From the IMG/VR virus record IMGVR_UViG_3300044644_001125, positions 1-64,000 of that record: a stretch of DNA of 64,000 nt, one strand, 5' to 3'. The notes under the pieces are model-generated. The model made no database searches and was not told the DNA's origin. It was given only the letters and a program-made list of their open reading frames with translations. The position numbers were made by a program, and so were the translations under genes. Below, piece after piece: positions 8,685 through 19,613 of the stretch (its first letter is position 1; each line of letters opens with the position of its first letter).

Positions 8685-9866
8685 ATGGGACAAGTAATAC
8701 AAGTCAATGGTGACTATAATATAAAGACCAAGCCGACTGGCACAATCACGTTAGATACTGGTGATCGAAGTGGTAAAGTGGTTGTTACTGGTAATCTTGA
8801 GGTCAAGGGACATGTATTATCGGTCGCATCGGACGATTTAACAATCAAAGATAACATTGTTGTTTTGAACAATGGTGAGACTGGTGCTGGGGTTACTTTA
8901 GTAGATTCTGGATTATTGATTGATAGAGGAACCTTAGTACCTGCTGGTATATTGTACCACGAGCCAACTGATTCGTGGAATTTCGTACATGGATATGACG
9001 ATAGTACACATTTGTACTCATTCGCAAACAGTAATATTAAGGTAAAATCCATTCTCACTGATGTTTCAACTGACAATGGTGATTTGACGTTGATAGCTAC
9101 TGGTACTGGTGTAATTAAGGTTACAGGTACAACAGATTACGAAGACCGAATTCTCAATTATGACAATTTAGACGTTTTAGCAATTGATACGATTGCAAGA
9201 ACTGGATATGTAGCTACTATAACAACTAAACTACCACATGGAATAATTGCTGGTGATTTGGTTGATGTGTACTGCGCAACTGCATCTACCTTTAATGGTT
9301 CTAGTATACCGGTTATTTCGGTAACCGATTTAACTCTCACGTATGAGAGTGTGCATCCAGTGGTATTGGTTATGACGGTACTTGGGTATGTTAGAAAGAA
9401 TCCAGTAAAATCGGATGATTACATACCAAACATGCGAGCAGTTACCGATTATACTAGAAGTATTGTCAATACGTCAATTGATTACTTGAATGTAGCATTC
9501 AATTCTATCAGTGATTATAACACAGCCGTTACCGTAAACGATTCTTCCTCGGGTGGTGTTAGTCATATTTTATTTGAAGTTGATGGTGTTACTAGAGCAG
9601 TCATTAACAATTCAGGTTTATCAGTAGACAACATCAATATCTTTGGTAACACGATTTCCAGTAGTACGCATGCCATTAAATTGGACAGTGTATTAACTAT
9701 AAAAAATGTAGCATCCGATCCTGCGGTTGAAAGTGGACATTTGAGTTTGTATGCAAAGAGCGCGAGTGGACAGGGTGGGACTGGGTTATATTTCGTAAAT
9801 ACCGCTGGAACAACAGACGAATTAGTAAGTAGATCAAAAGCATTTCTATATTCGTTAATATTTTAA
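8685..9866 (+). CDS. Putative tail fibre/baseplate-associated structural protein
   Basis: Beta-rich G/T/V/D protein with GNLEVKG...DNIVVLN..ETGAGV motif typical of phage fibre shafts. Confidence 0.55.
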   Translation: MGQVIQVNGDYNIKTKPTGTITLDTGDRSGKVVVTGNLEVKGHVLSVASDDLTIKDNIVVLNNGETGAGVTLVDSGLLIDRGTLVPAGILYHEPTDSWNFVHGYDDSTHLYSFANSNIKVKSILTDVSTDNGDLTLIATGTGVIKVTGTTDYEDRILNYDNLDVLAIDTIARTGYVATITTKLPHGIIAGDLVDVYCATASTFNGSSIPVISVTDLTLTYESVHPVVLVMTVLGYVRKNPVKSDDYIPNMRAVTDYTRSIVNTSIDYLNVAFNSISDYNTAVTVNDSSSGGVSHILFEVDGVTRAVINNSGLSVDNINIFGNTISSSTHAIKLDSVLTIKNVASDPAVESGHLSLYAKSASGQGGTGLYFVNTAGTTDELVSRSKAFLYSLIF

Positions 9867-9875
9867 GGACATCAC

Positions 9876-10187
9876 ATGGCAATAAAGAACGCACTTCTGA
9901 CCAGCACCACATCGGCGATTACCGATTCGCTTGGCACGGATTCAGCCATTGTGAACATGCTGTTTTGTAATCTTAGTACTTCGATTGAGAAAATAGATGT
10001 TCACATTGTAAAATCGGGAGATACTCCTGGTGACATTAATAAGATATTAAATCAGGTTCCAATTGACTCACAAAACACATTTTCGTTTGGTTCCGATAAG
10101 TTAGTGTTGAGCGCGGGTGATCGAGTATACGCGGCGACAACTACTGATAATCACGTAAGTGCAACAATTAGTTATGTGGTGATGTAA
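9876..10187 (+). CDS. Small putative structural protein
   Basis: 103 aa beta-sandwich-like ORF in the structural operon with AAGGA RBS. Confidence 0.5.
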   Translation: MAIKNALLTSTTSAITDSLGTDSAIVNMLFCNLSTSIEKIDVHIVKSGDTPGDINKILNQVPIDSQNTFSFGSDKLVLSAGDRVYAATTTDNHVSATISYVVM

Positions 10188-10188
10188 C

Positions 10189-10905
10189 ATGCAATACATT
10201 AATACACAAACACCAGCATTAACTATATTACCGGTGAATAAGGGTGGTACTAATCTGACATCGGTTGGTGCCAGTGGAAATGTATTAACTAGCGATGGCT
10301 TGGTATGGGTCAGTGCACCGCCAACAATTCCAGTATTAACTGGTGATGTATCATCTGTTACTAATGTAGTAACATTGAATAACACTTCAGTAACTGGTCA
10401 ATTTCTGACTGGATTTACTGTCGGTGGTGGAGTTGTTACCGAAAATGATACGATATTGCATGCCATTGAAAAAATAGCAGGTAATGTTTCATCAGTTAGT
10501 TCAATTGGTGGTGTACTGACAATCAACGAAGTTACTAACTTAGCTACATTTTCAGGTTCTGTGCAAATAAATGAAGAGCTAGAGGTGCATGGTGTAGTCA
10601 ACACAGATATTACAACATCAACCATATTGAAATCTTTTTCATCAACTACGTATCGTAGTGGAAAATTCATATTACAAGTCAATTGTACACTTGGAACGGA
10701 TTCTGGTTCATATCAAACGAGTGAAGTTTTAGTGGTTCATGACGGAACTACTGCGTATCTTACTGAATATGGTATCGTTCAAACTGGAAATTCGTTGGTA
10801 GATTATACCGCGAGTATTGTAGCTGGTAATGTTAAACTAGCTGCGCAGGCTACATCCGATAATACAATATCGGTTAGGACAATTAGTAGTTTGATAATCG
10901 TATAG
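10189..10905 (+). CDS. Putative tail fibre-associated protein
   Basis: LPVNKGGT fibre motif shared with neighbouring fibre genes; C-terminal YRSGKF...EVLVVHDG..AYLTEYG domain. Confidence 0.55.
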   Translation: MQYINTQTPALTILPVNKGGTNLTSVGASGNVLTSDGLVWVSAPPTIPVLTGDVSSVTNVVTLNNTSVTGQFLTGFTVGGGVVTENDTILHAIEKIAGNVSSVSSIGGVLTINEVTNLATFSGSVQINEELEVHGVVNTDITTSTILKSFSSTTYRSGKFILQVNCTLGTDSGSYQTSEVLVVHDGTTAYLTEYGIVQTGNSLVDYTASIVAGNVKLAAQATSDNTISVRTISSLIIV

Positions 10906-10920
10906 GTCGAAGGAAAAATA

Positions 10921-13581
10921 ATGAATTTTACTAAAGCACAAGGGGTATTCACAAACATTACCCAATTAGAAACTGGAGACTTGTTATTAAGTCCAGCAAC
11001 TACATTAACCATTGATGGTAAACTAGGTGCGAATTTACCGGATAATACCGCTGATGCACTTCACTTCAGGGAAGAACAAACTGCATCAAATTACTTCAGT
11101 ATTGATACCTTAAATGGGTATGAATATGTTAAGTTTGGGACAACACCACGTATTTCATTTGCAAATTCCAGCCCAGCTGCTTCAATCAATGACGCTGCTG
11201 TTACATTCAGTGGTGGTGTTGGTGTAGCTAAAAATTTATACGTTGGGACGAACTTAGCTGTACATGGAAATTGTGTATTAAATGGTAATGTGACAGTCAA
11301 TGGAGTATTAACTTCTGCTGTGTTTAGAACAGCATTACATGTTGAAAACGGAATTATCGTATTAGGTGACATCCCGGGTGTACTGATTAGTGCATTTGGT
11401 ACTGTTGGATCGATTTCTGGAACCGGTCCGTGGACTGCAACCCTGACTGGTTTGTCAGATACCTCTGGAATTGCACCAGGTGCAGTGATAGTTGCAGTTG
11501 ATGGTGTTGGTACATTGGGTGGTGAAACATGCGTAGTTGATACCGTATCTACAAATTCGTTGACTTACACCGCAACTGGTACCATTTCCCCAGTTGCGGG
11601 TGGTATATCCAGTATTTCTGTATCTGGAGCTACCGACGTTACTGCGGATGGTTGTGGTATTGTATTAAAAGGTTCATCTGATAAAACCATTGCGTGGTTA
11701 TCATCAACTAACCGCTGGACATATAACACCGGAATAGAATCAACTGGCATCGAAAACACACCAGTTGGTGAATTAGTACCAAGCACAGGTACATTCACAG
11801 AATTGAAAATTGATGACTCATTGGTAATTCCAGTTGGCGACAGTTCATCAAGACCAGTACCAGGAACGACCGGTAATATTAGATTCAACACTTACATAAA
11901 AGAGTTTGAAGGATATTATGGTTCAAATTGGCGTGCTATTCGCGCAGGATTGAATCCAACTGTCATTCACGATGCATCCGTTACAGCGATTGAGAATGAA
12001 ATTATCATTACTGATTCATCGAATGGCAGTTATACCATAGATCTACCATCTGCTTTATCAGACGGCGATACCATAAGCGTGATTGATGGTAGTAATAGTT
12101 TCGGAATTTACCCAGTAACAGTAAAAGCTACTGGGTCTGTCACTATTGAAAACTCTGATTCATTGGTATTAGACGTAACCGGTTCCCAAATTACGGTAGT
12201 GTACAGTGCGGCAACTACAAATTGGGTGTTACAATACTTCCCGATTGGTTATATTGGTTCACCGAATTTGTTGACGCAAACTGCGATTATATCTACACAA
12301 TACAACGCGGCTGCAAATGATTTGGTTAGATTGGATGCAACGGGCAATTCATTCTTGGTGAATTTGCCGAATTCACCAAGTAACGGTACTGTTATCGGGT
12401 TTATTGATGCTACCGGTGGTTTGAGTTTAAATTCAGTAACTATACTACCGCATGCTGGGAATACTATATATGGCGATTCTTCGTTGGTATTGGATGTTGC
12501 TGGGACATATCTAACAGTTACATATAATTCTGGTAACTGGGTGGTTGATTATAATCCAGTTGGTTTTGTTGGTGATCCGAGTGCTATTGGATTAACAACT
12601 TCTGCTATTATAGCATCAAGTTCACCTAGTGTAGCAAATGAATTAGTTAGGTGTGATACTAGATTAAATTCCATTTCTATTACATTACCACTAAATCCAA
12701 CAAATGGATCTATTATTGGTATTGCAGATTGTTTTGCTGTCAGCGATACACATCCTATCGTCGTGTTACCAAATACTGGAGATACGATTAGTTCTGATAC
12801 ATCCCTCAACATAGATGTTGCTGGTGCGGTAGTGTTACTAAAATACAATTCAACTACCAATGATTGGAATCTACAGTATATTCCAGGTAATACCGGAGCA
12901 CATGGATTAACGCCAACCACAGTAACCCCACTAGTCAATGCTTCTGCATTTGAGTTGATCAGAGTTGATACAACGACTGACCGGATATCCGTTCAATTCC
13001 CAGCATCACCACTCGATGGTGATATTATCGGATTAGTTGACTTAGGTAATTCCCTGAGTGTGAATCCAGTGACTCTTATTGCGGGACCTGGGAAATTAAT
13101 ATCACATAATTCAACGATCACCATATCAGATAGTGGTAGTTATACCGAATACCTCTATGATGATTCATCACTTAATTGGAAACAAATAACACCGGTTACC
13201 GCAAATAGAACATATACACCTACAGTGAGTGGCACTGGTTCTGTAAATATCGATGTTGATTTCTCACTAATAGACGGCAAAACCGTAATTTTGCATCTAC
13301 CAACTGGTATAACGGGTGCATCTGTAAATTTCATCAACTTGGATAACAAGGCATATCTTGGTTCAGTATATGAATTCGATGTGATACTATCACATACGAG
13401 TAGTTTGAGTAATTCAACGGCAATTGTATTCAAATACAATACTACAAGTTTTCCAAAATGGTCTGGTGGGAGCATACCAGGTAGCACGGTAACAGCAGGC
13501 GCATTAGATAAATGGTCATTCTTCACATACGACGGTGGTAGTACATTGATCGGAAAGCAACAATTAGCAGATATTAAATAA
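10921..13581 (+). CDS. Tail fibre-like protein with repeated small beta domains
   Basis: 886 aa; four repeats of the type D..(GS)..I.LP..P..G..IG.(V/I)D......N...; IRFNT....FEGY motif. Confidence 0.65.
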   Translation: MNFTKAQGVFTNITQLETGDLLLSPATTLTIDGKLGANLPDNTADALHFREEQTASNYFSIDTLNGYEYVKFGTTPRISFANSSPAASINDAAVTFSGGVGVAKNLYVGTNLAVHGNCVLNGNVTVNGVLTSAVFRTALHVENGIIVLGDIPGVLISAFGTVGSISGTGPWTATLTGLSDTSGIAPGAVIVAVDGVGTLGGETCVVDTVSTNSLTYTATGTISPVAGGISSISVSGATDVTADGCGIVLKGSSDKTIAWLSSTNRWTYNTGIESTGIENTPVGELVPSTGTFTELKIDDSLVIPVGDSSSRPVPGTTGNIRFNTYIKEFEGYYGSNWRAIRAGLNPTVIHDASVTAIENEIIITDSSNGSYTIDLPSALSDGDTISVIDGSNSFGIYPVTVKATGSVTIENSDSLVLDVTGSQITVVYSAATTNWVLQYFPIGYIGSPNLLTQTAIISTQYNAAANDLVRLDATGNSFLVNLPNSPSNGTVIGFIDATGGLSLNSVTILPHAGNTIYGDSSLVLDVAGTYLTVTYNSGNWVVDYNPVGFVGDPSAIGLTTSAIIASSSPSVANELVRCDTRLNSISITLPLNPTNGSIIGIADCFAVSDTHPIVVLPNTGDTISSDTSLNIDVAGAVVLLKYNSTTNDWNLQYIPGNTGAHGLTPTTVTPLVNASAFELIRVDTTTDRISVQFPASPLDGDIIGLVDLGNSLSVNPVTLIAGPGKLISHNSTITISDSGSYTEYLYDDSSLNWKQITPVTANRTYTPTVSGTGSVNIDVDFSLIDGKTVILHLPTGITGASVNFINLDNKAYLGSVYEFDVILSHTSSLSNSTAIVFKYNTTSFPKWSGGSIPGSTVTAGALDKWSFFTYDGGSTLIGKQQLADIK

Positions 13582-13605
13582 TATCAATTAAAAAGGAAAT
13601 TAAAC

Positions 13606-15090
13606 ATGGCAAAAACTCTTTCAAGTATACTCCACATTGGAGCTCCAGTAACCGGATCAGGTAGCGCTATTCTTAGTGATAGTCCAGTAATAACATCGAA
13701 AATTGACACGTCAAGTACCAGTTTCGATTTAATTAACACGGCTGCGAGTACAGTGAATATTGCCGGTGCCGCGACCGCATTGGCACTCGCAGGTACTACT
13801 GGTACTACTACCATCCGTAACAATTTAACAGTAACCGGTAACATAACATACGGTGGTGGTGCAAACCAATTAAGTGCTACCAATTTGAGTGTGGACGACG
13901 CATTAATCTATTTGGCTGCGAATAATAGTGTTGCTGACATCATTGATATTGGTATTGTTGGTCGATACAATAATGGCGTTAACAATGATACGCATACTGG
14001 GCTTGTTCGGGATGCCACTGATAAATCATGGAAGTTGTTCAGTGGAATAACAACCGAACCGACAACCGTAGTTGATTTCACAAGTGCCACCTATGATAAC
14101 TTGAAGATCGGTGGATTAACCGCATCAACCGGTGTATTTTCTGGTCAAATAACCTCAAATATTACAACTGGGACAGCACCATTTGTGATTACATCAACAA
14201 CACCAGTCGCGAATTTGAATATCGGTGGTTATTCATCAGCGTTGAAATCAGCAACTACTATCATTGATGTTTCCGCTGCAGTGGCGCCATCGAATGGTAA
14301 AGTATTAACTGCAACTAGTGCAACAACTGCCGAATGGAAAGATCCAGTCGGTGGTGGCGGTGCTGGAACTGTGATTTCAGTCGGTGGTACTGGTAGTGTT
14401 AATGGTATTACATTATCTGGCACCGTAACTTCGTCCGGTAATTTAACACTAAGTGGTACGTTAAGTAATGTATCATTGACTTCGGCAGTTACTGGAACAT
14501 TACCTGTTGGAAATGGTGGTACTGGTGCTACTACGTTGACTGGATTGGTCAAAGGAAATGGAACTTCTGCGTTTACTGCAGCCAGTGCTGGTACTGACTT
14601 TGTCGCTCCCGGTGGTGTATTAGGAACTCCTTCTTCTGGTACATTAACTAATTGTACTGGTTTACTATTGACAACTGGTGTGACTGGTACGTTAGCAACT
14701 GCAAATGGTGGTACTGGCTCAACAACCTTGACTTTCCCATCAGGTACTGCATCAATTGGTTATTTGAACGTACCACAAGTATCACAAAGTGCTAACTACG
14801 AATGCGTATTATCAGATTCTGGTAAACACATTTTGCACCCAGCAGAAGATACTACGGCTAGAACTTTTACCATTCCGGCAAATGCTTTAGTGGCATTTCC
14901 AGTTGGAACTGTATTGACGTTTGTGAATGAACCTGGTGCTGGTAGTGTAGCCATTCAGGTAACTACTGATAGTCTATATCTCGCTGGTGCTGGTACGACA
15001 GGTATTAGAACTTTAGCTGCTCCTGGTATCGCAACTGCAATCAAAACATCAAGTACTACCTGGATTATTTCTGGAACTGGGTTGAGTTGA
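13606..15090 (+). CDS. Tail fibre protein
   Basis: Thr/Gly-rich LPV.NGGTG repeats; shares long modules with the downstream 1476 aa fibre. Confidence 0.75.
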   Translation: MAKTLSSILHIGAPVTGSGSAILSDSPVITSKIDTSSTSFDLINTAASTVNIAGAATALALAGTTGTTTIRNNLTVTGNITYGGGANQLSATNLSVDDALIYLAANNSVADIIDIGIVGRYNNGVNNDTHTGLVRDATDKSWKLFSGITTEPTTVVDFTSATYDNLKIGGLTASTGVFSGQITSNITTGTAPFVITSTTPVANLNIGGYSSALKSATTIIDVSAAVAPSNGKVLTATSATTAEWKDPVGGGGAGTVISVGGTGSVNGITLSGTVTSSGNLTLSGTLSNVSLTSAVTGTLPVGNGGTGATTLTGLVKGNGTSAFTAASAGTDFVAPGGVLGTPSSGTLTNCTGLLLTTGVTGTLATANGGTGSTTLTFPSGTASIGYLNVPQVSQSANYECVLSDSGKHILHPAEDTTARTFTIPANALVAFPVGTVLTFVNEPGAGSVAIQVTTDSLYLAGAGTTGIRTLAAPGIATAIKTSSTTWIISGTGLS

Positions 15091-15106
15091 TAATGTCTTA
15101 ATTCCA

Positions 15107-15136
15107 TAAAAAGCAGGCCTAGTGCCTGCTTTTTTG
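15107..15136 (+). terminator. Rho-independent terminator
   Basis: AAAAAGCAGGC-CTAGT-GCCTGCTTTTTT. Confidence 0.88.
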
Positions 15137-15182
15137 TGCCTATTAGTTCCTAAATACACCATTAGTGGAGAGGGAAACTAAC

Positions 15183-18100
15183 ATGAATGTAAATTTTATA
15201 GTAAAGAATGGTATTATAGTAACAACTGATGCTACCATCAATTCAACGACTGATACAACATCAAATACAACCGGAGCTCTTAAAGTAGCTGGTGGTGTTG
15301 GTATCACAAAAAAAGTCAAAGTAGGAACTGCTGCATCTGACAGTAGATTCCCAAATACTACAGTAGCTATTTCAAATTCGCCATCGGCTACTATTGAAAA
15401 TCATAATATTGGATTATTGGCAGAGGGAACTGCAAATCCAGCAAATCAATCAATTTATGGGGTTGGTGTTTACGGCGTTGGTTACACATCAGGTGCTACT
15501 AGATCAGGTGGTGTTGTCGGTGAAGGTCATGTAACATCAACAACTGATACCGGTTCAGCAATTGGTATTCGAGGATATTCAAATGATACACATTCTGGTG
15601 GTTCGAATATCGGCTTGTACGGCGATGCAACGAATGGTGCTAATAATTACGCATTGTATTTGAATAATGGTAACGTATACTCCAATTATGCACTCGCGTG
15701 GACATTAAATGGTGATTTAACATTTGCGGGTTCTCATACAGTAACAATTCCATCATTAGCGTTAACTAACGCATTACCTGTAACATCGGGTGGTACTGGA
15801 GTTACTACAAAGACTGGTACGGGTGATGTAGTACTATCAAGCAGTCCATCGTTAGTCACGCCAAGTTTGGGTTCGGCAACAGCAACGAGTATTAATGGGA
15901 TTGCATTTACGCCAACAACTGCTACTATTGGTTTGGCAAGTAATTCAAGTTTATTAACTATCGGTGGGTACAGTACTACAATCACTACAACTGGAACTAC
16001 CAATATAACGTTACCAACTACTGGAACATTGGTTAATTCCGCAGTTACCACACTAAGTTCATTAACCTCAGTTGGTACAATTGGTACTGGTACTTGGTCT
16101 GGTTTATTTGGGTCGGTTTCAGGTGCAAACTTAACCAACTTAACAGCTGCCAATTTGACTGGTACAATACCAAGTACTGTCCTAGGCAACTCATCAGTTT
16201 ATCTTGGAACCACTCCAATTACATTGAATAGAGGCAGTGGAAGTTTAACGTTAACGAGTGTTAATATCGATGGATATGCACAGTCATTGAAATCGGCATC
16301 TACTACTATTAATGTGTCATCAGCAACAGCACCAGCAGCCAATCAAGTATTGATGGCAACAAGTTCAACTGCAGCAACTTGGCAATCTATTTCGTTAACT
16401 AGTGCGGTTACTGGAACATTACCAGTTGCGAATGGTGGCACTGGCGTTACGACGAAAACTGGTACAGGTAGCGTAGTCTTATCAACCAGTCCAACTGTAA
16501 CCACGTCATTGGTTACCGATAGTACTAGTTTTGACTTAATAAACACCACTGCTACAAGTGTAAATTTCGCAAAAGCTGCGACAGCTGTATCTATGGGGGC
16601 ATCTAGTGGTACCACCACAATAAATCATGATTTATACGTGTCTGGTAACATTACATTTGGTGGCGGTGCAAATCAATTGAGTGCAACTAACTTAAGCGTA
16701 GACGATGCCTTAATTTATATTGCTGCTAATAATTCTTCAGATATAGTAGATATTGGTTTGGTTGGTGCTTACGATACCGGAACTCATATACATACTGGTT
16801 TGGTTAGGGATGCAACCGATAAAGTTTGGAAATTATTCAGTGGAATTGCAGCTGAACCAACAACTACAGTTGATTTCACCGGTGCTACCTACGATAACTT
16901 GAAAATCGGTGGTTTAACCGCATCTACTGGGTCATTTTCATCAACGATTACTGGCACACAACTAACATCTACTGTAGCAACTGGAACTGCACCGTTCGTT
17001 GTTACATCAACTACCCCTGTGTCTAATTTGAATATTGGCGGGTACTCCTCGGCGTTGAAATCATCTACCACAACCGTAGATGTATCTGCCGCAACCGCAC
17101 CATCAAATGGTCAGGTTTTGACTGCTACAAGCTCGACAACTGCAATCTGGAAAGATGCACCAACCGCTAATTTAACACCAACTGCAATAAAATCTGCAAA
17201 TTACACGGCAAATGCTTTTGAATTAGTAAGAGCGAATTCAACAAGTGGTTCATTTACGATAACATTACCAACATCACCAGTTGATGGTACTGTTATTGGT
17301 ATTATCGATTTATATAACAAATTCTCAACTAACAATGTAACTATTTCTGCTGGTTCTGGTAATACCGTTGAAAGTTCTATTTCCTTAGTTTTAGATATCG
17401 ATGGTGCATTTGCATCTTTTGTTTATACAACAGCAACCTCTGATTGGAAAATTCAACAAACACCAATGTCAGGTGGTACGGTAACTAGTGTTGGTGGTAC
17501 TGGTACAGTTAATGGTATTTCATTATCAGGAACGGTAACTGCTAGTGGTAACTTAACATTAGGTGGTACATTAACAGGAGTTGATTTGACCTCGGCGGTT
17601 ACAGGTACATTACCTGTTTTAAATGGTGGTACCGGTGTAACAACTAAAACCGGAACTGGTAATTTAGTATTATCAACCAGTCCGGTATTAACCACACCAT
17701 CGCTGGGTGTTGCAAGCGCTACAAGTATCAATGGCTTAACTGTATCAAGTACTACTGGTACATTAACATTAGCCAATAGTTCATCATTGATTACATCTGG
17801 TGGTTATAGCACAACTATCACTTCAACAGGTACAACTTCTGTTACATTACCAACATCTGGTACATTGGTAAATTCTGCAGTTACTACATTAAGTTCATTA
17901 ACCTCGGTTGGTACTATTAGCACTGGTACCTGGTCAGGGTCATTCGGTGCGGTCACTGGTGCTAACTTAACTAATTTAACTGCTGGTAATTTATCTGGTA
18001 CAATACCAAGTGCGGTTTTGGGTAACTCGACGCATTATATTGGAACTACCGCTGTAACTTTGAACAGAGCAAGTGGCAGTTTATCACTAGCCGGTGTTAA

Positions 18101-19613
18101 TATCGATGGGTATGCGGGTGCATTAAAATCTGCAACAACTACGGTTGATGTTTCCACGGCAACTGCACCCACATCTGGACAAGTATTGGTGGCAACCGGA
18201 CCAACGGCAGCAACCTGGCAATCATTACCAACTGGAACTGGTACAGTAACCAATGTCAGCGGTACAGGTACCGTTAATGGTATTTCATTATCTGGTAGTG
18301 TAACATCAACTGGCAGTTTAACTCTCGGTGGTACACTATCCGGGGTATCATTGACATCTCAAGTATCTGGAACCTTACCAGTTGCTAACGGTGGTACTGG
18401 TGTAACCACTTCTTCTGGTACTGGTAGTGTTGTATTAACCAACAGCCCGTCTTTAGTAACGCCGACTTTAGGTGCTGCAACCGCAACTAGCATTAATAAA
18501 TTAACGTTAACTGCTCCTACGACAAGTGCAACGTTAACGCTTGCTGATAGTTCTTCGCTAATTACAGTTGGTGGGTTCAGTACAACATTTACTTCCACGG
18601 GCATCACCTCGGTTACATTACCGACTTCTGGTACTTTAGTCAATACCACAGTTACTTCGTTGGGATCGTTGGCTACGGTCGGTACAATTACTTCTGGTAC
18701 TTGGTCTGGTTCTTTTGGTGCAGTATCTGGTGCTAATTTAACTAATTTAACCGCAGGTAACTTAACTGGTACTATTCCAAGTGCTGTTTTAGGTAACTCA
18801 ACACATTACATTGGAACCACTGCAGTAACATTAAATCGAGCCAGTGGCAGTTTAACTTTAACAGGTGTTAGTGTCGATGGGTATGCGGGTGCATTAAAAT
18901 CCGCAACCACAACGATTGACGTTTCAGCAGCATCGGCACCGTCCTCAAATCAAGTATTAATGGCAACCAGTTCAACCACTGCAACTTGGCAAATAGTATC
19001 GATGGCGAATGTATCAGGTACATTACCTGTTGCTAATGGTGGTACTGGTGCTACCACGTTGACTGGATTGGTCAAAGGAAATGGAACCTCTGCGTTTACT
19101 GCTGCCGTAGCTGGTACTGATTATGTGGTACCTAGTGGAGCTTTGGGGACTCCGGTCTCTGGTACATTGACTAGTTGTACTGGATTGCCATTAACAACTG
19201 GTGTTACTGGAACATTACCTGTTGCAAATGGTGGTACTGGGTCAACGACGTTAACATTCCCAAGTGGTACTGCATCGATTGGTTATTTGAATATCCCACA
19301 AGTATCACAAAGTGCAAATTATACATGTGTGTTAACTGATTCTGGTAAACACATCTACCACCCGAGTGCTGATACCACCGCAAGAACATTTACTATTCCA
19401 TCAAACGCGTCAGTTGCATATCCGATTGGAACGGCTATTATGTTCATGAATGATTCATCTGCTGGTGTTGTAACTATTGCTATCGATACTGATACGTTAG
19501 TATTAGCTGGTGCTGGTACTACTGGTAGTAGATCATTAGCTGCTAACGGAATTGCGACTGCAGTGAAAATGACATCCACACGATGGATGATTAGTGGAAC
19601 TAATTTAACTTAA
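15183..19613 (+). CDS. Long tail fibre protein with internal repeats
   Basis: ATG at 15183 after GGAGAGGG RBS and CTAAATA (15150-15156); three ~150 aa repeats and many LPVANGGTG motifs. Confidence 0.8.
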   Translation: MNVNFIVKNGIIVTTDATINSTTDTTSNTTGALKVAGGVGITKKVKVGTAASDSRFPNTTVAISNSPSATIENHNIGLLAEGTANPANQSIYGVGVYGVGYTSGATRSGGVVGEGHVTSTTDTGSAIGIRGYSNDTHSGGSNIGLYGDATNGANNYALYLNNGNVYSNYALAWTLNGDLTFAGSHTVTIPSLALTNALPVTSGGTGVTTKTGTGDVVLSSSPSLVTPSLGSATATSINGIAFTPTTATIGLASNSSLLTIGGYSTTITTTGTTNITLPTTGTLVNSAVTTLSSLTSVGTIGTGTWSGLFGSVSGANLTNLTAANLTGTIPSTVLGNSSVYLGTTPITLNRGSGSLTLTSVNIDGYAQSLKSASTTINVSSATAPAANQVLMATSSTAATWQSISLTSAVTGTLPVANGGTGVTTKTGTGSVVLSTSPTVTTSLVTDSTSFDLINTTATSVNFAKAATAVSMGASSGTTTINHDLYVSGNITFGGGANQLSATNLSVDDALIYIAANNSSDIVDIGLVGAYDTGTHIHTGLVRDATDKVWKLFSGIAAEPTTTVDFTGATYDNLKIGGLTASTGSFSSTITGTQLTSTVATGTAPFVVTSTTPVSNLNIGGYSSALKSSTTTVDVSAATAPSNGQVLTATSSTTAIWKDAPTANLTPTAIKSANYTANAFELVRANSTSGSFTITLPTSPVDGTVIGIIDLYNKFSTNNVTISAGSGNTVESSISLVLDIDGAFASFVYTTATSDWKIQQTPMSGGTVTSVGGTGTVNGISLSGTVTASGNLTLGGTLTGVDLTSAVTGTLPVLNGGTGVTTKTGTGNLVLSTSPVLTTPSLGVASATSINGLTVSSTTGTLTLANSSSLITSGGYSTTITSTGTTSVTLPTSGTLVNSAVTTLSSLTSVGTISTGTWSGSFGAVTGANLTNLTAGNLSGTIPSAVLGNSTHYIGTTAVTLNRASGSLSLAGVNIDGYAGALKSATTTVDVSTATAPTSGQVLVATGPTAATWQSLPTGTGTVTNVSGTGTVNGISLSGSVTSTGSLTLGGTLSGVSLTSQVSGTLPVANGGTGVTTSSGTGSVVLTNSPSLVTPTLGAATATSINKLTLTAPTTSATLTLADSSSLITVGGFSTTFTSTGITSVTLPTSGTLVNTTVTSLGSLATVGTITSGTWSGSFGAVSGANLTNLTAGNLTGTIPSAVLGNSTHYIGTTAVTLNRASGSLTLTGVSVDGYAGALKSATTTIDVSAASAPSSNQVLMATSSTTATWQIVSMANVSGTLPVANGGTGATTLTGLVKGNGTSAFTAAVAGTDYVVPSGALGTPVSGTLTSCTGLPLTTGVTGTLPVANGGTGSTTLTFPSGTASIGYLNIPQVSQSANYTCVLTDSGKHIYHPSADTTARTFTIPSNASVAYPIGTAIMFMNDSSAGVVTIAIDTDTLVLAGAGTTGSRSLAANGIATAVKMTSTRWMISGTNLT

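Noticed and set aside
11091-19579. Many antisense ORFs over the tail-fibre genes
   Set aside because: They are shadows of Thr/Gly-rich codon usage (V/P/T-rich), with no RBS or promoter
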